A stretch of 64,000 nucleotides of DNA from contig CAINUM010000063.1 in the NCBI GenBank assembly GCA_903853785.1, positions 2,974 through 66,973 of the forward strand. The letters run 5' to 3'. Below the pieces are notes generated by a model. It ran no database searches. It saw only the letters and a program-made list of their open reading frames with translations, and had not been told where the DNA came from. A program made the translations under genes and the position numbers. Source of the stretch: Candidatus Magasanikiibacteriota bacterium (GTDB lineage: Bacteria; Patescibacteriota; Patescibacteriia; Magasanikbacterales; GWA2-37-8). Positions 18,731 to 27,248 of the stretch are shown piece by piece (the stretch's first letter is position 1; each line of letters begins with the position of its first letter).

Positions 18731-18787
18731 CTAGGCTGTTCGGGACAAGGCTACCCAGCCTTTTTCACCCGACGAGTGAGGGGATAC

Positions 18788-18997
18788 ATGCGACTCTTTT
18801 TCCGACTCTTTGAGGGATCGAGCTCTCTCGAAGTGGCTTTCGAGCCTAATTCGCGACTCGCAGCCACACAACGAGGTGTTCCGACCAACTGGAACGGCGC
18901 AACCAAAGCGCAACTGCGCATGTTGGATCGGCCAGCCTACTTGCGAGTCAAGAACGGCGAGCCATTCGGCCCCGCGGTCTTCGCGCTGGCCAACTAG
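18788..18997 (+). CDS. GC-rich small ORF B (69 aa), function unknown
   Basis: GAGGGG at 18778-18783 before the ATG; MRLFFRLFEG...AVFALAN; TAG stop. Confidence 0.5.
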   Translation: MRLFFRLFEGSSSLEVAFEPNSRLAATQRGVPTNWNGATKAQLRMLDRPAYLRVKNGEPFGPAVFALAN

Positions 18998-19035
18998 CTT
19001 CGGGCGCCGCATCAGCGACACCCACCCCTCTCACC

Positions 19036-19077
19036 GCGCGCCGACTAATTCGAAGGAGTAGTCCGGCGCGCAAATAC
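19036..19077 (+). repeat. Conserved hairpin, copy 2
   Basis: GCGCGCCGACTAATTCGAAGGAGTAGTCCGGCGCGCAAATAC. Confidence 0.85.
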
Positions 19078-19110
19078 CTTGTTCATAATTATTTGTGGAT
19101 AGAGTAATTC

Positions 19111-19138
19111 AAAAAATCGCTAAATATGGCGATTTTTT
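19111..19138. terminator. Bidirectional intrinsic terminator
   Basis: AAAAAATCGCTA-AATA-TGGCGATTTTTT. Confidence 0.7.
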
Positions 19139-19205
19139 GTTATTTAATTAAATGGTTGACTAGTTTTGGTCTTTAGGTATAATATAAAAGCATAAAAATA
19201 ATCTT

Positions 19206-19757
19206 ATGAAGCAAAATCAATTGGATCGTATTATCAAATTGGTGCGCCGTACTGGTGATCGTTTTGTTATAATGGATAAAGAGACTGAAGAAACCATGGT
19301 TTTGATGAATTTGAATGAGTACGAAAATTTATTAAACGATACTTCTTCCCTGGAAGACCTTGAAGAAGAGGATATGTTGAATAAATTAAATCATGACATC
19401 TCTCGTTGGCAGACACAAAAAAACCGTCAGCCAATCCCAGATTGGGAAGAAAATTTGCAAAAAGAACTTGTTCGACCTGTAAAATTGCCGGAAGTTTTGC
19501 CAACGATTTTAGAAACTGATGAAATGGAGGAAAACGACGATCTCGAGGATGATGAATACGAAGATGTTGATATAGATACAAAAAACGCTTCAACTTTGGC
19601 ACCCGAAACGTTTGAGGAGTCTATTGTTGAAAAAAATATAGAACCAATAAACATTCCGCTAGAAGTTGGCCAAGTTGAGCAAACCTTTGGCGAAGAAGGT
19701 TTGTCTGATTTAGCCGAAGGTGAGGAAGAAAAGTTCTATTTGGAACCCATTGAATAA
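19206..19757 (+). CDS. Hypothetical protein with Phd/YefM-like N-terminus and acidic tail
   Basis: 'VRRTGDRFVIMD....MVLMNLNEYENL' resembles Phd antitoxins; TTGACT...TATAAT promoter upstream. Confidence 0.75.
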   Translation: MKQNQLDRIIKLVRRTGDRFVIMDKETEETMVLMNLNEYENLLNDTSSLEDLEEEDMLNKLNHDISRWQTQKNRQPIPDWEENLQKELVRPVKLPEVLPTILETDEMEENDDLEDDEYEDVDIDTKNASTLAPETFEESIVEKNIEPINIPLEVGQVEQTFGEEGLSDLAEGEEEKFYLEPIE

Positions 19758-19945
19758 ATTTAGTGTTCATAAAAAGTTTATCCACAATTTCTCCCCCCTT
19801 GCAAAATAATTAAAACCTGATATAATGCCCACGCTAATCATCTCTTATGGTTAGCGTGTTTTGTTAAAATATTTTATTAAAAATTTAGCGGCTGGACAAA
19901 AATCTGCTTCGACCACTCGACGCAGTGCCGTGAACGTCTAATCTT

Positions 19946-21136
19946 ATGGCTGAGTTTTCAAGAACCAAGCCTCACGTTAACGTAGGTACCATTGGTCACG
20001 TTGATCATGGTAAAACAACTTTGACTGCTTCTCTTTTAGCAGTTTTAAATGCTACTGGTGGTGTTGCCCAACATAAGGGTATCGGTGATTTGGATAAAGC
20101 TCCAGAATCAAAGTCTCGTGGTATTACAATTTCCACAGCTCACGTAGAATACGAAACTACAAATAGACATTACGCTCACGTAGATTGTCCTGGACATGCC
20201 GATTATGTTAAAAACATGATTACTGGTGCTGCTCAGATGGATGGTGCTATTTTGGTAGTATCTGCTGCTGACGGTCCTATGCCTCAAACTCGTGAACATA
20301 TCTTGTTGGCTAACCAAGTTGGTGTAAAGAATATTATCGTTTTCTTGAACAAATTGGACATGGCTGATCCTGAATTGGTTGAATTGGTAGAAGCTGAAGT
20401 TCGTGATCTTTTGACAAAATATGGATTCGCTGGTGATGCAATCCCATTTGTTCGCGGTTCTGCTTTGAAAGCTTTAGAAAATCCTTCTGATGAAGCAGCT
20501 GCAAAACCAATCTTGGAATTGCTAGCTACTATGGATTCTTATTTCCCAACTCCAATTCGCGATCTTGATAAACCATTCTTAATGCCTGTTGAAGACGTTT
20601 TTTCTATTGAAGGACGTGGAACAGTAGTAACTGGTCGTATCGAACGCGGTATGGTAAAGATCAATGATGAAATTTCTATCGTTGGTTTGCGCGAAGAACC
20701 AATGAAAACTGTAGTTACAGGTATCGAAATGTTTAACAAGTCTTTGAAAGAAGGCCAAGCTGGTGATAACGCTGGTATCTTGTTACGCGGTACAAAGAAA
20801 GAAGATGTTGAACGTGGTATGGTCTTGGCTAAACCAGGAACAATCACTCCTCATACTGAATTCGAAGCTGAAATCTACGTTTTGAGTAAAGACGAAGGTG
20901 GTCGCCACAAACCTTTCTTCAAAGGTTACAAACCACAATTCTACATCCGCACAACTGATGTAACTGGTGATATTCTTGAATTACCAGCTGGTGTAGAAAT
21001 GGTTATGCCTGGTGATACTGTTAACTTGAAGATCAAATTGATCAACCCAGTAGCTATGGAAGACAAGATGAACTTTGCTATCCGCGAAGGTGGACGCACT
21101 GTTGGCTCTGGTGTAGTAGTAAAAATTATCAAATAA
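19946..21136 (+). CDS. tuf: Elongation factor Tu
   Basis: [36 protein letters not shown]. Confidence 0.99.
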   Translation: MAEFSRTKPHVNVGTIGHVDHGKTTLTASLLAVLNATGGVAQHKGIGDLDKAPESKSRGITISTAHVEYETTNRHYAHVDCPGHADYVKNMITGAAQMDGAILVVSAADGPMPQTREHILLANQVGVKNIIVFLNKLDMADPELVELVEAEVRDLLTKYGFAGDAIPFVRGSALKALENPSDEAAAKPILELLATMDSYFPTPIRDLDKPFLMPVEDVFSIEGRGTVVTGRIERGMVKINDEISIVGLREEPMKTVVTGIEMFNKSLKEGQAGDNAGILLRGTKKEDVERGMVLAKPGTITPHTEFEAEIYVLSKDEGGRHKPFFKGYKPQFYIRTTDVTGDILELPAGVEMVMPGDTVNLKIKLINPVAMEDKMNFAIREGGRTVGSGVVVKIIK

Positions 21137-21145
21137 GATTTTATT

Positions 21146-21169
21146 GGGGGCGTTCTAAAAAACGCCCCC
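21146..21169 (+). terminator. GC-rich hairpin after tuf (terminator or processing stem)
   Basis: GGGGGCGTT-CTAAAA-AACGCCCCC; weak U tract. Confidence 0.5.
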
Positions 21170-21212
21170 TTAAAATTGTTCTTTAATTAGTTCTTTAATT
21201 TTAATAAATAAC

Positions 21213-21557
21213 ATGACAACCACAACACCTACAACTAAAGCAACAGAGGAGGTCGGAACTCGTATTCGCGTTAAAATTCGTGCATATGATAACCGTGTTA
21301 TCGATCAGGCTACTCGTACAATCATCGAAACAGCCGCTCGTAATGAGGCTAAAGTAGTTGGTCCAGTACCTTTGCCAACAGAAAAGACTAAATTCACTGT
21401 CAATCGTTCTACCTTTGTACATAAAGACGCTCGCGAACAGTTCGAAATGCGCGTACACAAACGTTTGATCGACATTATGAATGCAACTCCAAAATGTGTT
21501 GATGCATTGATGAATTTAAACTTACCAGCTGGCGTGGATGTTGAAATAAAAATGTAG
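21213..21557 (+). CDS. rpsJ: 30S ribosomal protein S10
   Basis: [42 protein letters not shown]. Confidence 0.98.
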   Translation: MTTTTPTTKATEEVGTRIRVKIRAYDNRVIDQATRTIIETAARNEAKVVGPVPLPTEKTKFTVNRSTFVHKDAREQFEMRVHKRLIDIMNATPKCVDALMNLNLPAGVDVEIKM

Positions 21558-21566
21558 TAGTGGGGC

Positions 21567-21595
21567 TTGACAGAAATATTTTTTTCTGCTATTAT
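21567..21595 (+). promoter_or_regulatory. Sigma70-type promoter between rpsJ and rplC
   Basis: TTGACA-17-TATTAT with extended -10 TG. Confidence 0.75.
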
Positions 21596-21599
21596 TAGC

Positions 21600-21883
21600 C
21601 CACAAAGCCAAGCAGTGCCAAGTAAATAAGATTTGTCCCGATTTAGTCGGGGGTACAAAAAACATTTACACAGCAAAATTTTGGCCAGGAGATTAAGATT
21701 TTTACCAAATAAAAAACTAAAGCCATCTATAAAGTTCACCCTCTGGGGGTGAATAGTGTGCAACCAAAAGTTGTGCACAAGAAGGCTAGAAACAAGAGCA
21801 CTGAAGGATTGGGTTAAACAGTGTTATTGCTTCTAGTTTTTTGTTAAATAATTAATTCAGTTATCTTCCCATCCGATGGGAAG
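21600..21883 (+). ncRNA. Structured rplC leader or small RNA with internal terminator-like stem
   Basis: Several hairpins plus long stem 21785-21837 followed by a T tract; no credible ORF. Confidence 0.5.
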
Positions 21884-21900
21884 CAATGACAACAATTTTT

Positions 21901-22608
21901 ATGAAATTCATTTTAGGAAAGAAAATTGGAATGACACAGGTGTTTTTACCAAATGGTGAAGTAATGCCAGTTACTCGTGTATTAGCTGGTCCTTGTAGCA
22001 TCGTCCAGGTTAAGGAAAAAGAAAAGGCTATTCAGCTCGGTTTTGGAGAAAAGAAAGAATTTCGTTTAAATAAACCAGAAGCCGGTCATTTGAAAGATTT
22101 GGCTCCAGTTTCTTGGTTGAAAGAATTTTCTGTTGAAAAGACAGAGGATATTAGTCGTGGAGATTTTATAACATTAGATACTTTTGCAGCTGGTGACGAA
22201 GTCGAAGTGATGGGTGTTTCCAAAGGTAAAGGTTTTGCCGGTGTAGTTAAGCGTCATCATTTCCGTGGTGGTCCTGCTTCACACGGTCATAAAGATAACT
22301 TGCGTGCCCCTGGTTCTATTGGTGCCGGTGGTGTACAGCGCGTTTTCAAAGGTATGCGTATGGCGGGTCGTATGGGTGGTGATCAAGTAACTGTCAAAAA
22401 TTTGGAAGTAGTAGAAGTTCACCCAGAGACAAATGAAATTTATATCAAAGGTGCAGTTCCAGGTGGTCGCAACAGTTTGCTTGTGATCCAAGGTCCTGGT
22501 GTATTAAAAATTCAAAAAAATGGACAAAAGGCCGAAGTAGTGAAAGAACAACCGGTAGTTGAAGCTACCCCAGTAGAAACTGCTGGCGAAGAAACTGTGA
22601 ACGCCTAA
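21901..22608 (+). CDS. rplC: 50S ribosomal protein L3
   Basis: ILGKKIGMTQVF, SKGKGFAGVVKRH, RAPGSIG, KGAVPG; start moved to ATG 21901. Confidence 0.98.
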   Translation: MKFILGKKIGMTQVFLPNGEVMPVTRVLAGPCSIVQVKEKEKAIQLGFGEKKEFRLNKPEAGHLKDLAPVSWLKEFSVEKTEDISRGDFITLDTFAAGDEVEVMGVSKGKGFAGVVKRHHFRGGPASHGHKDNLRAPGSIGAGGVQRVFKGMRMAGRMGGDQVTVKNLEVVEVHPETNEIYIKGAVPGGRNSLLVIQGPGVLKIQKNGQKAEVVKEQPVVEATPVETAGEETVNA

Positions 22609-22628
22609 TTTTAAAGAAGATTATTTAT

Positions 22629-23258
22629 ATGAAAATTAAAGTTTACAACTTAGCTGGCAAAGAAACTGGTGAAATGGAAGTGTCAGACACAGTGTTTGGT
22701 GTAAAAATCAAACCTGAAATGGTTCACCAAGTTTTTGTTCAACAGACAAACAATCAGCGCGAACCTTGGGCTGATACAAAAAATCGTGGTGAAGTAAGTG
22801 GTGGTGGTAAGAAACCTTGGCAACAAAAAGGTACCGGCCGCGCTCGTCACGGTTCTATCCGTTCTCCAATCTGGAAAGGCGGCGGTGTCGCTTTTGGTCC
22901 GTTGACTGATCGCAATTACAAAACAAAGATCAACAAAAAAACTCGTCAGGCTGCAATCCGCATGTGTTTAACTGACAAGGCTCAATCTGGAAATTTGATG
23001 GTAATAGAGGATCTCAAGTTTGAACAACCAAAAACACAATTATTTGCTAAATTTTTGAAAACATTACCAGCTAAGTTAAAAACATTCTTGGTTTTAACTG
23101 CTGATAAGAGTGACGATATTATGCGCATGAGTAAGAACTTGAAAGTTGTAAAAACTTTACGCGCACAAGATAGCAACGTATTGGATTTACTTTCCAAAGG
23201 TGTGATCTTAACTTCCAAGGATGGAATTAAGAAAATGGAAGAAGTCTTTGGAAAATAA
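22629..23258 (+). CDS. rplD: 50S ribosomal protein L4
   Basis: TKNRGEVSGGGKKPWQQKGTGRARHGSIRSP. Confidence 0.98.
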   Translation: MKIKVYNLAGKETGEMEVSDTVFGVKIKPEMVHQVFVQQTNNQREPWADTKNRGEVSGGGKKPWQQKGTGRARHGSIRSPIWKGGGVAFGPLTDRNYKTKINKKTRQAAIRMCLTDKAQSGNLMVIEDLKFEQPKTQLFAKFLKTLPAKLKTFLVLTADKSDDIMRMSKNLKVVKTLRAQDSNVLDLLSKGVILTSKDGIKKMEEVFGK

Positions 23259-23284
23259 TTTAATCATTTTAGAGTTTAAATAAT

Positions 23285-23827
23285 ATGGGATTACTTGATC
23301 GCTGGTCAAAAAAGAATGAGACTGAACGTTTGGAAAAAAAGTCCGAACCAAAGTCTGAAGCCAAAGCCGAAGCTAAACCAGCTGAGGTGAAGGAAGCAAA
23401 AAAAGCTCCTGCAAAAAAAGCAGAAGTTGCAACTAAAAAAGCTCCTGCAAAAAAAACAGCTGCCAAAGTAGTAGCACATGCTGATCATGAAGATCATGAA
23501 GGTCATGATCATTCTGCTCATGAAGCTCCAAAAAAACTTAAAAAAATTATTAACAATATTTTAGTACGCGCTTTGGTAACTGAAAAATCTGCAATCAAAC
23601 AGAGTGAAAATAAATACAGTTTCATTGTAGTAAAAAATGCCAACAAAGCAGTAATCAGAAAAGCTGTTGAAGAAGTTTACGGTATCAAACCAATAAGAGT
23701 TAATGTAATCAATGTCCAAGGTAAAGCAATGCGCTTTGGCAAACATTCAGGTAAAAGAAGTGATTTCAAAAAAGCGATTGTGTCCTTACCAAAAGGAAAG
23801 ACAATCGTAATTCATGAAGGCGTTTAA
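23285..23827 (+). CDS. rplW: 50S ribosomal protein L23 with ~85-aa N-terminal extension
   Basis: C-terminal half has VTEKS, KYSFIV..NANK, KKAIVSL; lies between rplD and rplB. Confidence 0.93.
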   Translation: MGLLDRWSKKNETERLEKKSEPKSEAKAEAKPAEVKEAKKAPAKKAEVATKKAPAKKTAAKVVAHADHEDHEGHDHSAHEAPKKLKKIINNILVRALVTEKSAIKQSENKYSFIVVKNANKAVIRKAVEEVYGIKPIRVNVINVQGKAMRFGKHSGKRSDFKKAIVSLPKGKTIVIHEGV

Positions 23828-23851
23828 TTACCGAATATATATTAAATTATT

Positions 23852-24697
23852 ATGCCGATTAAAGTTTACAAACCAACTACCCCAGGTCGCCGAAAATCCA
23901 GTGTGGATGCTTTTGCCGACATTACAAAATCTGAACCACAGAAGTCTTTGATTTCGATTTTGAAAAAACATTCTGGTCGTAATAACCAGGGTAAATTAAC
24001 CGTTCGTCACCAAGGCGGCGGTGTTAAGCGTTTTTATCGTATTGTTGATTTCAAACAAAAGAAATTTGATGCTCCAGCAACTGTTATTGCTATCGAATAT
24101 GATCCAAACCGCGGCCCTCGTGTTGCTCTTGTTGAATACGCAGATAAAACTCGTGCATACATTTTGTGTCCACAAGGTTTAAATGTTGGTGATGTTGTGA
24201 TGTCTTCTGACAAAGCGATCGAAGCCAAAGTTGCTAACCGCATGAAATTGGAACATATTCCAATCGGTTTGTTTGTTTACAGTATTGAAATGACTCCAGG
24301 AAAAGGTGGTCAGCTAGTACGCGGCGCAGGTTTGTCTGCTCAGTTTACTGGTATCGAAGGTGATTACGCTCAGTTGCGTTTGCCTTCTGGTGAAACTCGC
24401 ATGGTACCAAAGGCTTGTTATGCAAGTGTTGGTATGGTGGGTAATGCTGATTATCGTTTAATCCGTTGGGGTAAAGCTGGTCGTATGAGATTGCGCGGTA
24501 TCCGTCCTCGTGTTAAAGGTAAGAATATGAACCCTGTTGACCACCCGCACGGTGGTGGTGAGGGACATTCACCAATCGGTCAGAAACGCGGTCCACGTAC
24601 TATCTACGGAAAAGCTGCTCGTGGTGTAAAGACTCGCAAGCCACAAAAATGGAGCAACAAATTTATTATCAGTTCACGCAGAAAGAAATCTAACTAA
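23852..24697 (+). CDS. rplB: 50S ribosomal protein L2
   Basis: GRNNQGKLTVRHQGGG, IEYDPNR, MNPVDHPHGGGEG. Confidence 0.99.
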   Translation: MPIKVYKPTTPGRRKSSVDAFADITKSEPQKSLISILKKHSGRNNQGKLTVRHQGGGVKRFYRIVDFKQKKFDAPATVIAIEYDPNRGPRVALVEYADKTRAYILCPQGLNVGDVVMSSDKAIEAKVANRMKLEHIPIGLFVYSIEMTPGKGGQLVRGAGLSAQFTGIEGDYAQLRLPSGETRMVPKACYASVGMVGNADYRLIRWGKAGRMRLRGIRPRVKGKNMNPVDHPHGGGEGHSPIGQKRGPRTIYGKAARGVKTRKPQKWSNKFIISSRRKKSN

Positions 24698-24703
24698 AAA
24701 ATT

Positions 24704-25039
24704 ATGACTAGAAGTTTAAAAAAGGGTCTATACGTAGATCCACGCATCCTAAAGAAAGTAGACAAAGTAAAAGAGAGTGGTAAAAAAACTCCTATCAAAA
24801 CTTGGTCTCGCGCTTGCACAATCACACCAGAAATGGTGGGTGTAACCTTCTTGGTACATAATGGTAAAGATTTTCTAAGCGTTTACGTCGATGAAAATAT
24901 GGTTGGACACCGCTTGGGTGAATTTTCCCCAACTAAGAAGTTCATTCGTCATGGTGGTAAGATGGCTAAAGAACAAGACTCTGCTTCAGCTGCCGCTGCC
25001 GCTCCTAAAGCCGCTGCAAAACCAGCCCCTAAAAAATAA
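24704..25039 (+). CDS. rpsS: 30S ribosomal protein S19
   Basis: [29 protein letters not shown]; Ala/Lys-rich tail. Confidence 0.98.
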   Translation: MTRSLKKGLYVDPRILKKVDKVKESGKKTPIKTWSRACTITPEMVGVTFLVHNGKDFLSVYVDENMVGHRLGEFSPTKKFIRHGGKMAKEQDSASAAAAAPKAAAKPAPKK

Positions 25040-25070
25040 TCAACACTATAAAGATTTTTAAATTTTTTAT

Positions 25071-25442
25071 ATGAATCAGGCAGTAACTGCAAAATTAAGC
25101 TACTTGAGAATGAGTCCACGCAAAGCGCGATTGGTTGTTGATTTGATTCGCGGCCGTCGTGTTGCTAAAGCTTTGGAAATTTTAACATTATCCAATAAAT
25201 TAGCAGCAAAACCAATCATCAAACTTTTGAATTCTGCTATTGCAAATGCTCAGCACAATTTTAAATTAGGAACTGAAAATTTGGCTGTGACTACAATCAT
25301 GGTTGACGGTGGTCCAATGTTAAAACGTTGGATGCCAAAAGCTCATGGTCGTGCTACACCAATTCGTGAACGTACTTCACACATCAGTTTAATTCTTACC
25401 GAGGTTGCAAAACCAGTTAAGAAGGTGAAAAAAACATCATAA
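25071..25442 (+). CDS. rplV: 50S ribosomal protein L22
   Basis: SPRKARLVVDLIRG, SAIANA, PKAHGRA...TSHI. Confidence 0.98.
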   Translation: MNQAVTAKLSYLRMSPRKARLVVDLIRGRRVAKALEILTLSNKLAAKPIIKLLNSAIANAQHNFKLGTENLAVTTIMVDGGPMLKRWMPKAHGRATPIRERTSHISLILTEVAKPVKKVKKTS

Positions 25443-25457
25443 TATAATTTCAATACT

Positions 25458-26144
25458 ATGGGACATAAAGTTCATCCGAAAATTCATCGCACTCCCTTCA
25501 TCTATGCTTGGGATTCAAAATGGTATGCTAAAAAGGATCAATATCCTGATGTTATTGAACAAGAAATAAAGATTAGAGAATTTTTGGCAAAAAAATTGAA
25601 GGAAGCCGGAATCGATGCGATTAGTATCGAACGTACTCCTAAGGAAGTATTGGTTACCATTTTGGCTGCTAAGCCAGGTGTGATTATCGGAAGAAACGGC
25701 GAAGGTTTAGAAGTTATCCGTAAAGAAATCGAGAAAAAGATTTTAGCTTTTAAAACTAAAGTAAAATTAAACATTCAAACTGTTGCTCAGCCTGCTTTAT
25801 CTGCTCAAATTGTTGGACAGAGTATGGCATCTGAAATCGAACGTCGTATACCTTTCCGTCGTGTTATGAAACAAGCGATGGAAAAAGTTATGACTGCTGG
25901 TGCACAGGGTGTGAAATTTGCAGTAGCCGGTCGTTTAAATGGTGTAGAAATTGCTCGTCGCGAAGTAATGGGTTCAGGAAAAATGTCCCTAATCACTTTG
26001 CGTAGTGATGTCGATTATGCCATCGTTGAAGCAAACACTATTTATGGAAAGATCGGTATCAAAGTCTGGATCTATAAAGGTGAAGCTTTCAGTCGCCGCG
26101 ACAAATTTGCTAAAAAAGAAGTTGAAAAAGAAAAAACTAAATAA
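25458..26144 (+). CDS. rpsC: 30S ribosomal protein S3
   Basis: MGHKVHP, KPGVIIGR, GRLNGVEIAR, GIKVWIYKGE. Confidence 0.98.
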   Translation: MGHKVHPKIHRTPFIYAWDSKWYAKKDQYPDVIEQEIKIREFLAKKLKEAGIDAISIERTPKEVLVTILAAKPGVIIGRNGEGLEVIRKEIEKKILAFKTKVKLNIQTVAQPALSAQIVGQSMASEIERRIPFRRVMKQAMEKVMTAGAQGVKFAVAGRLNGVEIARREVMGSGKMSLITLRSDVDYAIVEANTIYGKIGIKVWIYKGEAFSRRDKFAKKEVEKEKTK

Positions 26145-26159
26145 GATTTTTGAAACTGT

Positions 26160-26573
26160 ATGTTGATACCAAAAAAAGTAAAACATAGAAAATGGCAAAA
26201 AGGACGCGGTCGTTTTCGTGGTGTTGCAACTCGCAACGTTTCTATCGCTTTTGGCCAATTTGGTCTAAAGAGTACGACTCAAGGTTGGATTACCAGCCGC
26301 CAAATTGAAGCCGCTCGTCGCGTTTTGACTCGTTATGTAAGACGTGGTGGAAAAATCTGGATCCGCGTTTTCCCAGATCGTCCAGTTACTAAAAAAGGTA
26401 ACGAAGTACCTATGGGTGGTGGTAAGGGTTCTCCGGATCATTATGTCGCCGTAATCAAACCAGGTACAATCTTATTTGAGATGGGTGGTATCACTCGTGA
26501 AACTGCAAAGATTGGAATGGATTTAGCTGGTTACAAACTAGGCGTACGTACTAAATTTATTGAAAAGGCATAA
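26160..26573 (+). CDS. rplP: 50S ribosomal protein L16
   Basis: [25 protein letters not shown]. Confidence 0.98.
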   Translation: MLIPKKVKHRKWQKGRGRFRGVATRNVSIAFGQFGLKSTTQGWITSRQIEAARRVLTRYVRRGGKIWIRVFPDRPVTKKGNEVPMGGGKGSPDHYVAVIKPGTILFEMGGITRETAKIGMDLAGYKLGVRTKFIEKA

Positions 26574-26585
26574 TCTAAAGATTAT

Positions 26586-26852
26586 ATGGAAAAAAAAGAA
26601 ATTAAAAAAATAAGTCGTGAGTTTACTGGTGTAGTAACAAGTGCAGCAATGACTAAAACCATTACTGTTGAAGTTGACCGCATCAAAAAACACACGAAGT
26701 ATCCAAAAAGTTTTACTGTTAGTCGCAAATATCATGTTCATGATGAAAAACAAGCGGCTAAAGTAGGTGACAAAGTGCGTTTTGCAGAATGTCGTCCACT
26801 ATCAGCTACCAAACGATGGACGTTGGTAGAAATTTTAAAAGTTAATGGTTAA
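26586..26852 (+). CDS. rpsQ: 30S ribosomal protein S17
   Basis: GVVTS..MTKTITV, HDE, GDKV...[11 protein letters not shown]. Confidence 0.98.
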   Translation: MEKKEIKKISREFTGVVTSAAMTKTITVEVDRIKKHTKYPKSFTVSRKYHVHDEKQAAKVGDKVRFAECRPLSATKRWTLVEILKVNG

Positions 26853-26863
26853 TCCGTTTTTTT

Positions 26864-27235
26864 ATGATGCAACATCGTTCAATGTTAAAAGTAGCGGACA
26901 ATACTGGCGCCAAGAAATTGCAGTGTATTCGTGTTTTGGGCGGTTATAAAAAACGCTATGGCCAGATTGGTGATATTATTACTTGTGTAGTAAAAGAAGC
27001 TGCTCCTCACGGCATGGTTAAGAAGAGTGAAGTAGTGCACGTAGTAGTGGTTCGTCAATGCAAAGAAATCCGCCGTGCTGATGGTACCTATATTCGTTTT
27101 GATGAAAATGCTGGCGTGATCGTAGATCGCAAAACTAAAGAACCAAAAGGAACTCGTATTTTTGGACCTATTGCTCGTGAATTACGTTCAAAAGGATTTC
27201 AAAAAATAATTTCTTTGGCGCCTGAAGTGCTCTAA
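26864..27235 (+). CDS. rplN: 50S ribosomal protein L14
   Basis: [35 protein letters not shown]. Confidence 0.99.
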   Translation: MMQHRSMLKVADNTGAKKLQCIRVLGGYKKRYGQIGDIITCVVKEAAPHGMVKKSEVVHVVVVRQCKEIRRADGTYIRFDENAGVIVDRKTKEPKGTRIFGPIARELRSKGFQKIISLAPEVL

Positions 27236-27248
27236 AATAAATATATAT

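Noticed and set aside
17344-19061. Alternative and antisense ORFs in GC-rich islands A and B
   Set aside because: Expected from stop-codon scarcity at high GC; they lack the promoter-plus-SD arrangement, though they cannot be fully excluded
17683-19077. Shared hairpin as a CRISPR repeat, integron attC site or ribozyme
   Set aside because: Only two copies 1.3 kb apart, no cas or intI gene, no RYYYAAC/GTTRRRY ends, and no hammerhead or twister core recognised
16534-19800. Replication origin at the strand switch and DnaA boxes
   Set aside because: Only one perfect box, no dnaA or dnaN nearby, and no obvious skew inversion by eye; a cumulative GC-skew plot would decide
21600-21883. SRP RNA, tmRNA, RNase P RNA or T-box
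   Set aside because: None of their hallmark motifs could be found
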